DNA from: Octopus bimaculoides
Taxonomy: Eukaryota
NCBI RefSeq assembly: GCF_001194135.2
Contig: NC_068983.1
Coordinates: forward strand, 130,680,742-130,744,741
DNA length: 64,000 nt
Direction: 5' to 3'
The notes under the pieces were generated by a model. That model did no database searches. It was not told the origin of the DNA and was given only the letters and a program-made list of their open reading frames with translations. A program made the translations under genes and the position numbers. This document shows positions 10,976 through 23,436 of this stretch, in pieces. The stretch's first letter is position 1. Every line of letters begins with the position of its first letter.

Positions 10976-13900
10976 AGTACAGTTTCCACTCTGTCTATTT
11001 TTGAATGAAACTAACCGTACTGCTTGAAACTGCTCCTTGTTCTTGTTCACCTAGCAATGTGACCTAACTAAATCTCGAGCATTTAAACTTGTCCGTTTAA
11101 TCCTTCAATCCATCATGTTGTTCGATGCAATTGGCGTGTCTCTCGCAGTAGCGGGCTGTAAGCCCAATGGCTTGTCCTGACTAATTTTTGCTTCTCTAAT
11201 CGCTTCGCATTCATTTGGATTTGTTTCAGTCACTTCTATGTCTATTGTGTCCCATATTAATAGTGATGTCGTATGCAAGTGCAAAGACGGATCCTTCGGT
11301 TTGTATTACTCACCGGATTCCCTTCGAAATTTCTAATTTTTTGTTGTAGATCTAGAGCCTTACGTGCAGCTGTAGACTGAGGAGGAACACTGTACAAACA
11401 CGGATACAATTACGGATACTGAACAATTCCGTCAGGTGGCCATTAACATTGACCATGGAACTAAATTCCCTGTACACTGAAAAGATCCGGCTTTTGAAGA
11501 TGATCCTGAAACTAACTGCTTTGAGCACAGCAGCCAAATATTAATGATCTTCCCTATAAAAATTTTCGAGAGATCTATATTGCCCAAGACCTAATCCATT
11601 TCAGGTTGTTCACGCACCTTTTCTGTAATGTAACGCGAGAGGTGAAGTTTGTAAAATAGACTTGGTTTGCATGGCGCATCTTTGAGTTTCTACATGAGTT
11701 TCGACGATAAGTGCCAAAAGATTTGAGCCATCACATTGGCTAAAATCTGCACATAGCAGATTTACGGATATTAAATCTTTCAAACTCCATCCCTTGTTCA
11801 GGTCATATTTCAGCAGCACTGGCATTTATCTTTCCGATGGATTGAATTCTCCTGTTCTGCTACATGGTGCGACGCTTTCAGTCTCAATTAACCGGAGAAC
11901 TGGCTATGCATCCCATCTTGACTAAGACGAAAGGAGAAACCAAAAAGGTTTACCTAATAATTTGGTACTGCTGGAGACCAGTGGATGAGATTTCCAATTT
12001 AGTAGTATCTGATGTGAGTGTGTATGCAGGTGTATTTTTTTGCGTGTCCGTGCGTATGTATTTGAAAGTATGAAAGATTGAGGAAAATTAATAGAGGAAG
12101 TTAAGCTAGAGATTTTCTTGAGTGACAGTTTTCGGTTTTGTTGTAGATGACGTCATTGTCACTCATGCTAGCTTTCCTGTTGCTAATGTTGTTGGTATTA
12201 GTTCTGTTACCGTTTTTCTTGTCCTTTTCGCTGCTTCTGATATTTCATTTGTAGTTATTGAGGCTGTCGTTTCAACAGTATTTAAGAATTGTTACTCATG
12301 GTTCGGTGCAGAAAACATTGCAGTAGCCTACACCATGCGACTTCAAGACGCATTAAGGTTGGTGAGACTTGAGATCTTTCCCACATGTAGAGGTTTGATA
12401 TGATCAAGGATCGTTACTGGAATACCAGATCAATACACCCTCTCCATTCATTTCGCATCGAGATTATACCACTTCCATTCAAATTAACACAGAAAAAAAA
12501 AACAACCAGATTTCCCACCCTAATAGAATTTTGTCTTAACGTAACAGATCCTTCTCCGTATAAGATTGGGTAGTGGATGAGTTCCCTATTACATATGGGA
12601 GGTATGGAGTCTTACTTTTCAAGAATTGCGCTATTGATGACGAACACCGCGCACCCGAACGGCCGGGTCTATTTTTGCCCACATTTCTTTCAAGGCTCTT
12701 TCTAGTGCTTTTAGGCGTCGGGCTTTAGCAACAAACAGCGCAACTCCACTGTCTACTGAATAGAAAAAAAACCAAAGCTTCGGCTTTTATGGTAATTTCT
12801 CTTTTCCCTTACATTTATCTTCACAAGCTGTTTCACCAGCATCAGACATGTATACTTGTCGTTTAACGAAAACCTGAGCTATTTCGATATTTTGTATATC
12901 CCTCGATAAATGCCGATAGGTTCAGAGTCAGTTGTTAGCAATTTGTTATAAATAAGATGCGTGCTTTAAGGTTTTCAACTACCAGTATTTTTAGCGTACC
13001 ATCATCACTACTTGTCAAGTTGCCATAGGAATCATCCAAAACCTCTGACAGGCCTGTCTCCTACCATTTAAACTCGTTTCTTCCGTATGCTGATCGCCAC
13101 ATCTGATGCTTGCACACATAGCGCTCAATTAAACATAAGGGAAATAAGAAGGACAGATGTTAGAGGTGTTTGTCTAACTAAAGACTATCTCAGTCTAGGC
13201 AGAAGAACCCGTCTTTCCAAATCGAGGTCAACTGTTCTGCACCAGACACAAATATAATAGTTATTGGCAAGTGGGGAGTGTGTCCATGTGCCACATTTTT
13301 GTGGATGATAATTATGATGATGATAATAGTCGCAGCTGAGGTGGTGGTTGTTTTTCTGATAGTTTGTGACATAGTAGTGGTGGTAACGTTCATACGTCGT
13401 GTTCATAGTGGTCGGTGGTGTTATTGATGTTGGTGGTGGTGGTGGTGGTGGTGGTGGTGGCGGTTGCTTTGTTGGATAGTGATAATGGTCTGCAGTGATG
13501 ATATTGGAGCTTCTCTTTATGATTGCAGTTTATATGTCGATGATGATTCGAATATAAAAATTATTATGTATTTCCATGCACCACATGCTTTTTGAAATAC
13601 GCCAAATTGATGAAAATGTTAAGCATTTTCAAACATACGAATATACTATTTTTTTATTAACAAACAAAAAGAAGAAAACACCTTTGGATATTACAAGCTC
13701 CCATTTTTCTTGTATTCGACATATGCAGCTGTAATGAAATAAAACACTTTGAAGTTGATATAGACTCTCCATATGTAATGTGATGCTTTACACATTTAGA
13801 ATCAGAAATATCATTAAACGACACAATATTCCGTAGGCACCATAAAGTATTACTTCAGAAATTGCAATACGAGAAGACAATATCATAGATATTCAAATAT

Positions 13901-14433
13901 AGCAAATAACAGATTTTCAAAGATCGTAACACAAAGCCAAGAATACATGCTACCTCATGTGAATTTTTGATTTTAGGCATATTCATCCGGTATCTCACGA
14001 ACAGGGAATCTCTCTATCTCTTTCTCATTTTCACTCTCGTTCTTACTCTAGGGATTACTATAAATATACAAGTTGATTGCAGTGGCTATTAGAATACGAA
14101 TTATGATACGATTGTATACCTTCAGCGAAAAAGGGACTTTACTAATAAGAGCCGATATCATGGTTCCCGAATAATTCTATTGATCTTTTTCTATGTTAAA
14201 TTATATATTTCGGAGTTGGAGATATATGAATTACCTGTCCAGAACATGCAAATAACTATGCGAATAATAATATGGAAAAGCATGGTTTTCTAATATACCT
14301 TTTTAAAGCGAAATATCTATCTATATATATATACACAATGTATTGACTCACAAACATACGCGCGCACGTATACGCACGCACACGCACACACACACACATA
14401 CAAACACTCACACACACACACACNNNNNNNNNN

Positions 14434-14474
<41 letters not shown>

Positions 14475-14476
<2 letters not shown>

Positions 14477-15034
14477 CTGAAATTTACAGAAAACAAAAGA
14501 TGAAGACATGTGTATGAACGTCAACCAAGTGTATTAGTTTGACGCTCAGGAAACATGAAAAAGACTTTCACGTTTCTATCCTACACTCTTCAACAGAAAG
14601 AAATAAGAGCAAATAAATAGAGAGAGAAGGAAAAAACCGCGTAGAGTTTACCGGTCCAATATGGTGACTGATGGGAATAAAAGAGGTTAAAAAAAAGGGA
14701 GATAATAATAATAAAAAATAAGTTGAATGAAAAGAAGATAATAATAATGCTAGTGATCCTAACAAGTGAAGGTGAACGTACGTGTGTGTGTATGTGGAAA
14801 TGGTGCGTGTGAGTGTGTAAGTGTGAATGAATGAACAGGGGTGAGTGACTCTCACGTGAGAATGTGTGTGCGTTTGTGCGTGTGTAACACGTGTATGTTT
14901 GTGTGCGTGTGTTGTGTAGCTGTTAATGTTTGCTTTTCCACGTGGTGTGTGCACATGTGTGTGTGAGAGAAAACAGTGTGCATGTGTATGGTGTATGTAT
15001 GTGGATCAAAGTTATCTTTGTCTACGTATGTTGC

Positions 15035-15083
<49 letters not shown>

Positions 15084-15687
15084 CTGTGTTCAAGTATTAT
15101 ATGCTAGTGCGGGTGTGGGAGTATATATTGCCTGTGTTCATATATTATGCGCATGCGTGGGTGTGAGAGAATGCATGATGGACTGTGATGTGTGTACTGA
15201 GTTAAACAGTGTGTTTGGCTGCTCATATAGTGGTATGTGTGGTGACACTATTGAAGCTAGTGAATGGGTGTGTGGGTGAGGGTGTTAGGGTGTACGTGCT
15301 GAGAATTGGTCAGGGGAAGATGTACGAGGTGGAGTGGTTGGAGTGGAATCGCAGGAAGGCTCGGAGAATGATGCGTTGGAGAAGTAGGGCGGAGAGGTAG
15401 CAGGTGAGGGGAACCGGAGACGGATAGCGGCGAGGAGAAGGAGGAGAGACACAGTCCACAGATCATGCCCTAGCAAAAGCAGTGTGGTTAGTGGTGAGGA
15501 GATATCCACGTAGGCGGAAGTAGTGAGCCATGAATTGAGACTGAGTCTCAGAGTCATAGTTGTCAATTCAGAGCCTGCGCAGTAAGAGGAGTAGGAAGTA
15601 GGGGGTGGACAGCTTGATCTGGAAAGAGTGGGAGGAGAAGTTAAGGTAGGAGTGTGAGTCAGTCTGTTTGTAGTGGATGGACAGAGG

Positions 15688-15690
<3 letters not shown>
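14475..15690 (-). mobile_element. 5'-truncated Penelope-like element (family P2): RT C-terminal remnant plus 3' region
   Basis: Minus frame SIHYKQTDSHSYLNFSS..IKLSTPY..LRRL*..F.LRGY..LQRIILRAF matches the PLE RT thumb pattern (YKPTDSHSYL..HP..K.SIPYSQ.LRLRR..RGY). The 3' part is homologous to 20390-20705. Confidence 0.8.
14565..14600 (-). ncRNA. Hammerhead-like motif, variant core (family P2)
   Basis: Minus strand reads cttt CTGTTGA a gagt gtag gata GAAA CG TG aaag. Stem I is intact; stem II and the cleavage triplet are decayed. Confidence 0.45.
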
Positions 15691-15723
<33 letters not shown>

Positions 15724-16399
15724 GCACACACTTACATGTACATGCCGAAATATATATGTACATGTATATACTGAAATACACACATACATCTATGTATATT
15801 CTGTAGAAGTGTAACGGCAGTGTACAAGGGAGTACTGACTCTAAGAAAGATCGAACTGAATAATGTGTATATTTTGATAATAATTCATCTCGGTATAACT
15901 TCTGTTTGTGTATGTGTATTTGTGTGTGTGCATATTTGTATTCTATGTATGTATTATATATGTATGTAAGCCTACGTGGTTGATTTACAAACATGGCATA
16001 TCGAACTACTTTCTCATAGATTGAAAAAATGGTGAAATGTCTTAGTTTTTGTTAGGTATTGGGGCCTCATCATATAAACATAGAGAGAAAGGGGGAGACA
16101 CGGGGAGAGAATATAAATCAACTTAAAAGTGACAAGGCAGATAAAGTGAGAAATGTATAGTTCACCAAATGAATTCAATTTGACCTTTCGAGTTTAATCC
16201 CATTTACACAAAATTTAATTTTTTAAACAGAAACAAATTGTTAAGTGGGGAAGAAGCGAAAACAAGAATATGGATGAAATCTGTGTAGGTCTCATGCTAG
16301 ATCATGTCAAGAAAGGGGAAGCTCAAATGATTAGATGCGAGGAGGAAAGGTTAAGACTACATACATTCAGTTGCAAAAGAGAAAGGAATTTGTTTGTTA

Positions 16400-16618
16400 T
16401 TTCCTTACTGCCCACAAGGAGCTAGACACAAATGGGACAAACGGATTAAGTTGATTATATCGACCACAAAGCGCAACTGTTACTTATTTAATCGACCCCG
16501 AAAGGATGAAAGGCAAAGTCGACCGCGGCGGAATTTGATCTCAGAACGTACTGGTAGATGAAATATCGCAAAGCATTTCGCCCGGCGTGCTAACGTTTCT
16601 GCCAGCTCGCCGCCTTAC
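16400..16618 (-). mobile_element. tRNA-derived SINE family A, long form
   Basis: Near full-length reverse-complement match to 2873-3107, with similar gaa..aatttgttt flanks on both sides (probable TSD). Confidence 0.85.
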
Positions 16619-17804
16619 AGAAGAAAATTTGTTTCTATTAGGTATCTGTAAATGCGCACGTGAAATATCAAAGCGTCTATGTGAGTTGTGGGGGAGGGGT
16701 GCGTCCGTGCGTGTGTTTGTGTGTCTTTGTCTGTGCATGTGTGCGTGTATGTGTGTTTACTGGATATAACTGTGCTCTACCTAATTCTGTATAAATTATG
16801 TGTTCAGTATATGTTTGAATGTATGTACATTTTTGTGAAGCAATTTGTTCATGTCTATTTATGTGAGTGTGATTCTGCTCTTTTCCTGAGATTAAATGAG
16901 TGGGATGTTGCGTTGCTATGAGGAGTAGTCGTGATATATACACACCATAGCTGTGTGTATGCGCTTGTGGCTGTTACTCTTTTGCGTGTGATATCGAAAA
17001 CGTGTGCTTGTAATGAGTGTGTGTGAACAACGGAAAATTCATTTAAAAATTAAATCCTGAATAACCACAAAATGATTGAATTATGAGAACAAATTCATAT
17101 AAAATTGAGAATTTTCATTTTCATTTATTGTTAGGATATTTCACATTTTGCCCATTTGCGTTGCCGCTTTGCGATTCGAAATACAGCTCACACCTGTTTT
17201 ATTTGACCTGTTCCTGTGGTATTGACAGGGGATACTACGCGTTAAATATAATCTCTGATACAACACCAATTTTTATATGCAAATTTCACCAAACTCTTGA
17301 CTTAATAATAAAGCTTTAACATTAAAATCCCTAGATTTAGTACTTGATAATGAATTTCTCGGGTGCTGGTGTTTCATTTTCTCTTTTATTTATTTATTTT
17401 ATTTATTTATTTATTTATTTCTATGAAAACATATAAATTAAGTTTTACTAACACGAAGTAAACTTCTTAGCTTAAATTCAGAAAGATAACTTATAACAGA
17501 AAAATATCTTTGAAAGTAAACCTCACTCACTGTCAAAAGACAAAGGACACGCATACATATCTCCACTCGCCTTTTACATTGTAATCAAGATAGCTGCACC
17601 ATACTTGAGGTATTCATGCTGTAAAGTACATAAGCGACTGTAATTGTTACGTGAAAACCTCCACACCCTCATTTGATGTGTTGAATCATTGGGTGGTCTC
17701 GGCTACATACATAGTCTCTCACCTTCAACAAGCATTAATAAAGTGAATCAGAAGTATCATCCAACTGAACTAACGTTTTCCTTTCATTTCACCACAACGT
17801 TCAG

Positions 17805-17962
17805 ATTTGGATGACAGTTATAGGAAACCTGATTCGAAAGAATCATCCTTGAAGTTTTCTATCGTGTCTATGATTTTCCATATAATTTTTATGGTGTTTG
17901 TTTCTTTGATTTTTAATCTGCGAACATATCTGTTAATTTTGGCCCAAAGTCAATCCATATGA
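17805..17962 (+). CDS. Candidate terminal coding exon with a hydrophobic TM or GPI-signal segment
   Basis: Branch site AACTAAC 17768-74, pyrimidine tract, CAG at 17802-04. Open frame (D)LDDSYRKPDSKESSLKFSIVSMIFHIIFMVFVSLIFNLRTYLLILAQSQSI*, then AATAAA at 17963-68. Upstream exons not identified. Confidence 0.35.
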
Positions 17963-19364
17963 AATAAACTCATAACAGTTATGACCATCACATCCATTTA
18001 GGGTGGAACTAATATGCATGATTTAAAAGGATGGGTGTTTATTTAAGAAACGTTTGGCCGCTATATTGTAGAGGTTCTCTTATTCGATGTAAGTGGAAAT
18101 TAACTTGTATTTTACAAGTTAAAGCAATCAAATGGTAATTTTGTTATAAACTCATATATATCTATAGTTGTTATTGTTATTTCGTCTCAGGCAAGTAATG
18201 TCGCGCAAATGTTTTGTGAAAGGAATTCAGCCATGGCCATCATGCTATTTCTTGTTTAACAAATAGAGTGGGAGAATTTGGGACGCCATATCTAGGATTT
18301 AGAATAACCACTAAAGCAACAGTAGACAGTCAGTAGACAGTCAGTGTGTAAGATCGTTTTCCCTGTTGATATTCAACCAAAATCTGTTTAAATCTTAAGA
18401 GCAATGCAACAATTTAATGCATTGCATACCTACGAACTTCTAATATTAAACATTTCTCAGCACATATTTATCCCAACTGGCTGTTTTTTTTTTTATTTGC
18501 AATGCATCTTGACACAGAAAATTCTCTAAAAGGCTCACTCAGCCTCGTATTCAAACATATCTGTATAATACAACGACGTTCGTTATGATTTTGAGACAGT
18601 ATATGCCAATAGTTTTGTACAGACTGCAGAACGCTCTTAGTAGGTTCTCTACAGCTAAGTACTTCAATATCTATGTTATTTATTGAGATGTCAAGAATGA
18701 TAAAAAAATGATATTATCTAGGTATTTACCTCTCAGAAAGAAAATAACATAGTTCGGCAATATGTGTTCTTTGTCATCTAATAAAATGTGACAATGTATA
18801 TCTTGTGTTTGTGGCAGATTGGTTTGAAGCAGTTCCATTACTAAGCGAAACGATTGTTGAACTAAATTCTCAAGTTTTTGCTAAAATGCTTATTTCTATG
18901 GAATTTGGTGGATTTACGTAATCATCAGACAAACGAAAATCTGTCTAATGCATTTTCTTATGAACATTTACCTCTTAAGTTCAAATCACACCAAGAGTAA
19001 ATCCGAAATAAATTTTCCATTAATTTTAAAAATAACAAAATAAAAATCAATTTGCATTTTAATTTTTAATGGTACATTATTTACTAACCCAGAAAAAATG
19101 TAAGACAAACAAACTTCGATGGCATTTGAACTCAGAGAGCAAGGAGTTAAAATGTCTGATACACGATATTTTATCTAAATCTCTCGTGATCCTGCCAATT
19201 TGTAAATGTATAAATATATGGCATATTCTGCCAAGATCCGGCAAATAACATTTCAATATAAGCAGATTTGTCAAAACTAATTACAATGAATCTGTTGTCT
19301 GGCATAAGTTACCATGCTAAGCAATATAATTTTAGACATAAATTTAGTGACGAAAGTGTATATA

Positions 19365-19530
19365 AGTGTGGATGTGTGGAAAGATGATTGCTTTCTAACC
19401 ACATGGTTCCGGGTTCACTTCCGCTGCGCAGCATCTTGGCATCTTGGGCAGGTGTCTTTTACTATTGCATAAAGCCGACTAGAGCACTGTGAGCGGATTT
19501 GTTAGGTGGAAACTGGAAGAAGCTCGTCGT
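19365..19530 (+). mobile_element. tRNA-derived SINE, family B
   Basis: ccacatggttccgggttca B-box region, cttgggcaggtgtctt core and a microsatellite tail. Confidence 0.75.
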
Positions 19531-20067
19531 ATATCAATATATATATGTATGTGTCTTTGTGTCAGTGTTTGCGTGTAAATATATATANNNNNNNNNNNNN
19601 NNNNNNNNNNNNNNNNNNNNNNNNNNNNNNNNNNNNNNNNNNNNNNNNNNNNNNNNNNNNNNNNNNNNNNNNNNNNNNNNNNNNNNNNNNNNNNNNNNNN
19701 NNNNNNNNNNNNNNNNNNNNNNNNNNNNNNNNNNNNNNNNNNNNNNNNNNNNNNNNNNNNNNNNNNNNNNNNNNNNNNNNNNNNNNNNNNNNNNNNNNNN
19801 NNNNNNNNNNNNNNNNNNNNNNNNNNNNNNNNNNNNNNNNNNNNNNNNNNNNNNNNNNNNNNNNNNNNNNNNNNNNNNNNNNNNNNNNNNNNNNNNNNNN
19901 NNNNNNNNNNNNNNNNNNNNNNNNNNNNNNNNNNNNNNNNNNNNNNNNNNNNNNNNNNNNNNNNNNNNNNNNNNNNNNNNNNNNNNNNNNNNNNNNNNNN
20001 NNNNNNNNNNNNNNNNNNNNNNNNNNNNNNNNNNNNNNNNNNNNNNNNNNNNNNNNTTACACCCCAT

Positions 20068-20705
20068 CCCTTACACCCCATCCCTTACACCCCATCCCTT
20101 ACACCCATTCCCCAACACCCTCTCCTACATGCCCCACCTCTATCCCACCCTCTATCTACCCACATACCCCACCTACGGCAACCTCTGCGTACCCGCATAG
20201 CCCACCTGTACCCACAGCCCCATCCTAACTCACACGCCACCCGTGTTTTCCCCACTCTCGTCTCCCCCGCCTCTCAACACCATCACATCATACCACACAA
20301 CACGTCTTATCACAACACACCACCATGCACACACCAGCACTGACCATTTCCCATCCCCACATATTTACACCTTCACACCTATATACACACACGCATATAT
20401 TAAGATCATCAGCAATCTCTCACACACACGCACCTTCGTTTTGGGATCACTACGACTTTGTTATCTCCCCTTCTTCTTAACTGTCCTGTGTGACACTTCA
20501 GTGCGGCATTCGCCATGATAGAACGCTGACCACTACACACATTTTTTTCTCTCCTTGTTTCTTTCCGTGTTCCTTTCTGTAGAAGAACGTAGGCTCGAAA
20601 CGTTAAAGACTTGTTCAATTCCAGAGCGTAATACTAATACATCTATTTGTTTTCAGCACCGCCTGTCTTCGTCCGTTGTTTTGTTTTTTGTGTGAATTCT
20701 CCCTT
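20068..20705 (+). mobile_element. Penelope-like element family P2, 3' region, with a 14-bp minisatellite (ttacaccccatccc) at 20068-20110
   Basis: Colinear with the reverse complement of 14475-14800 (caccttc..ggatcacta, ttatctccc, hammerhead-like motif, terminal gtcttc..ttttgtt); ends in (TA)n. Confidence 0.7.
20573..20608 (+). ncRNA. Hammerhead-like motif, variant core (family P2)
   Basis: cttt CTGTAGA a gaac gtag gctc GAAA CG TT aaag: stem I cttt/aaag, GAAA and the ACGT palindrome are intact, but core position 6 is T instead of A. Confidence 0.55.
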
Positions 20706-20741
20706 GATATATATATATATATATAAATATAAATATATATA

Positions 20742-21299
20742 ATACAGAATGGGACAAGAACGCAAAACATCAAGACAGTTAGGTGATACAAGAAAGGGAC
20801 AAAACATTTAGATAGCCGATACAAAGAAAACACGGACATATCATTCGGAGTTTTCTCTCTTCAGTCGAGATCCAGATTATCTTTGCATTTCAGCTGATTA
20901 TTCTCGATATTGCTCCAATCTGGCCATCCCCAAGGAAAAACTAAGCTAAGAGCATTACATTCCTTGGAAGAAAGCAGCGAATGTATACAAAAACAAGGAC
21001 GGAAAAAACACAAACAATGTTACACAAATACAGTAAGAATAACACCGGGCATAACGACAGATGTCTTTCGACTGGACGAATAAAAGTAAGCTGGCGTATA
21101 TGGAAATAAGGTCTTACAACCGGTATACAAGATTTCACAGGCACAGGGAGCAATGTCAAAAATAACCAGCTGAAATTGCACAGGTAATCTGGATCTCGAC
21201 TGTCCGTGTTTTCTTTGCATCGTCTGTCTGAATGTTTTGTTCCTTTCTTGTACAACCTAGCTGTCTGGATCTTTTGCGTTCTTGTCCCAATCTGTATTA
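20742..21299. repeat. Element with long inverted terminal repeats between (TA)n runs; one arm carries a hammerhead-like core (possible third PLE-related family)
   Basis: 20742-20903 and 21161-21299 are inverted copies. The right arm lacks the about 25 nt that read CTGAAGA gag aaaa ctc c GAA on the minus strand of the left arm (20843-20864). Confidence 0.65.
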
Positions 21300-21514
21300 T
21301 ATATATATATATNNNNNNNNNNTGTATGTATTTATAGATTTGTGGATGTGTGCATATTTTTTTGCAAAAGGTATTTGTTACTGTGATAATATTTAGAGAG
21401 AATGTTTCTTAGTTAAGGACTATTTGTTCAATTATATATTAATTCATTTATCCTCAAATACAATCCTTTGGAAAGATCCTTTGAATTGTATGAATTGTGT
21501 TTAACAGCTTGCGT

Positions 21515-22716
21515 TATTTGTCTTCTTAAATACTGCCGGCATTAACTTGCTATAAATCAGGTAGTAATTTTACCTTTAACTTATTTTTAGTGCAAGTTTT
21601 GAAGAATGTTGTTCGATTTTAGCAGTTATTTTTTCAAAGCTATAATGGACGTGACAATGAGCATATTCAGCGTATTTTGCTTCATGAGTTCAATAAAGGA
21701 ACAACACAACAGAAATGCATTACATGAGGATCGGACAATAAGCGTAACTCAGTGTCAACGGTCGTTCCTGAAATTCCAGAAATCCCGTGCCGGAAACTAC
21801 AGCCTACAAGACGATCCTAGTCCTGGAAGATTTGCAGATGTTGACGTGGACGTCCAGTAAACCCTGGTGGAAAAAATCTCATCGTAACTGCTGAGGAACT
21901 AGCAGAGGAGCTTCGATTTAGTCATTCAACTATTCATTGACACCTGCATTCCATCGGAAAAGTCAGCAAATTGGTTCAAACGGTTCCTCACAAACGTTTC
22001 CAGTCCAATCGCACGCAGAGATTGAATGTATGCTCTTCTTTGCTGTCACGTCTCAAGAAAACGAATGAACCTTTTTTGGACCAAATGGCTACTGGTTACG
22101 AGAAATAGGTTCTCTATAAAAACGTCAAGCATCGAAGAGAGTGGGTACGGAAAGGAGAAACAACGGCACCCAAGGCTAAAGGTCTTCACTCACGTTGGGT
22201 GCTCTTATCTGTTTGATGGAATATGAAATGTTTCGTCCACTTTGAACTTTTAAACCCATACGAAACGTTAACAAAGGAGATCTCCTGTGACCAGCTTGGG
22301 CACTAGAAGAAAAACGGCCATCTTTGGTTTCAAGAGGAAAGTTGTTCTTCCTTCAAGATAATGCTCGGCCACATACAGCGAGGACGAAATTCCAAAGGCA
22401 GACGCAGTTTACATGAGAAACGATACCCCACCCACCACATTCACCGGACACAGCCCGTCTAATAATCATTTATTGTGCAGTCTTCAAAATTATTTGGACG
22501 GAAAAGATAGCCGAGGTCACAGCTGTGCTGGAGGAGTATTTTTCGTCACGGACAAGTGAATTTTAGAAGGCGAGCCTTGAAGTCTACCAAATAGATGGAA
22601 GAGCATTATAGAAAATGAAGGAGAGTATAATTTAGATTAAAAAGAACTTTGTTTATCTTAATTTTGAAAATACAAAAGTATAAAAATATCCGCTTTATTT
22701 ATGGGATGACCCATTA
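21515..22716 (+). mobile_element. Mariner DNA transposon remnant, about 1.2 kb
   Basis: Broken frames give mariner motifs (SVTQCQR.F.K.R.GNYSL.D.P.PGR, TG.EK.VLY, LQDNARPHT, HPPHSPD). Right TIR at 22690-22716; left TIR degenerate near 21515. Confidence 0.85.
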
Positions 22717-23165
22717 TCTATAATAATAAATGCGAAAGCGAATGCCAGACTGTCAGTGTGTCACACATTTTCAACTTTACTCCTCCGAGACCCTCTCTCA
22801 CTTTTCAATGACACTTCTACTATTCATCATACTTTCCCCCTCTCTCACTATTCAATGATTCTTCTACTATTCTTCATTCTTGGTTTTCTTCTTAATTCTA
22901 ACATTTTGGAAAAAATATTTCTCTAAATATAAAATTTCCGAAAGTAATTTCCAAAATAAACATTTTGAAAAATACCTTTCTGTAAATATTATAAGTATTT
23001 CCAAAAGTAATTTCCAGAATATACATTTTGGGAAAAAAAACTATTCTCTCAATATTATAACTCTGTCAAGTAATTTAACCATATCATTTGCTTCATAACG
23101 TTCGTAACTGAAATACGTATTGAACTCACTCTCTCATAAAATAATACTTCTCATAACTGTCTGCC
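22717..23165 (+). mobile_element. Possible non-autonomous Helitron-like element with internal minisatellites
   Basis: Starts a|TCTATAATAATAAA. Internal tandem units of about 48 bp (22791-22880) and about 60 bp (22910-23055). No 3' hairpin or CTAG end seen. Confidence 0.3.
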
Positions 23166-23216
23166 ATAAATATTATTTACATTTGACGAATATTTGTCCT
23201 CGTGTTGTTTGTTGTT

Positions 23217-23262
23217 CACACAACGTTTCAGCTGTTATATCCTCCAGCCTTCATCAGGTGTC
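23217..23262 (-). ncRNA. Minimal type-I hammerhead ribozyme motif with intact core
   Basis: Minus strand reads gACAC CTGATGA a GGCTG gaggatataa CAGCT GAAA CG TT GTGTg: 4-bp stem I, 5-bp stem II closed by G-U, ACGT palindrome. Confidence 0.7.
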
Positions 23263-23363
23263 TTGGGGAAATTTCGAGCCTGGGTTCTCATTCCTAAGGT
23301 ATTTCTCTATGTTGTTGTTGTTGTTGTTATTATTAACATTATTATTATTGTTATTATTATTCA

Positions 23364-23436
23364 GGTCCCTGCGTGGAGTCGAACTCGGAATCTTGGGGTT
23401 AGTAGCCCACGTTCTTGACCAATACGCCATATGCCC
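23364..23436 (-). promoter_or_regulatory. tRNA-like module with Pol III A/B boxes inside PLE family P1
   Basis: Minus strand reads gggcata TGGCGTATTGG..ggg ctactaa ccc..GAGTTCGACTCC. Confidence 0.7.

Noticed and set aside
11610-11825. Ty3/gypsy RNase H remnant (LLKYDL)
   Set aside because: The following ADxLSR and integrase motifs are absent in all frames, and no LTRs were found.
17600-18200. Toll-like receptor LRRCT-TM-TIR remnant
   Set aside because: No recognisable TIR box downstream; only the hydrophobic exon was retained as a candidate.
23364-23436. Functional tRNA-Ser gene (also 3759-3831 and 45355-45417)
   Set aside because: Acceptor and T stems do not pair, the variable arm is too short for Ser, and the first two sit inside a repeat.
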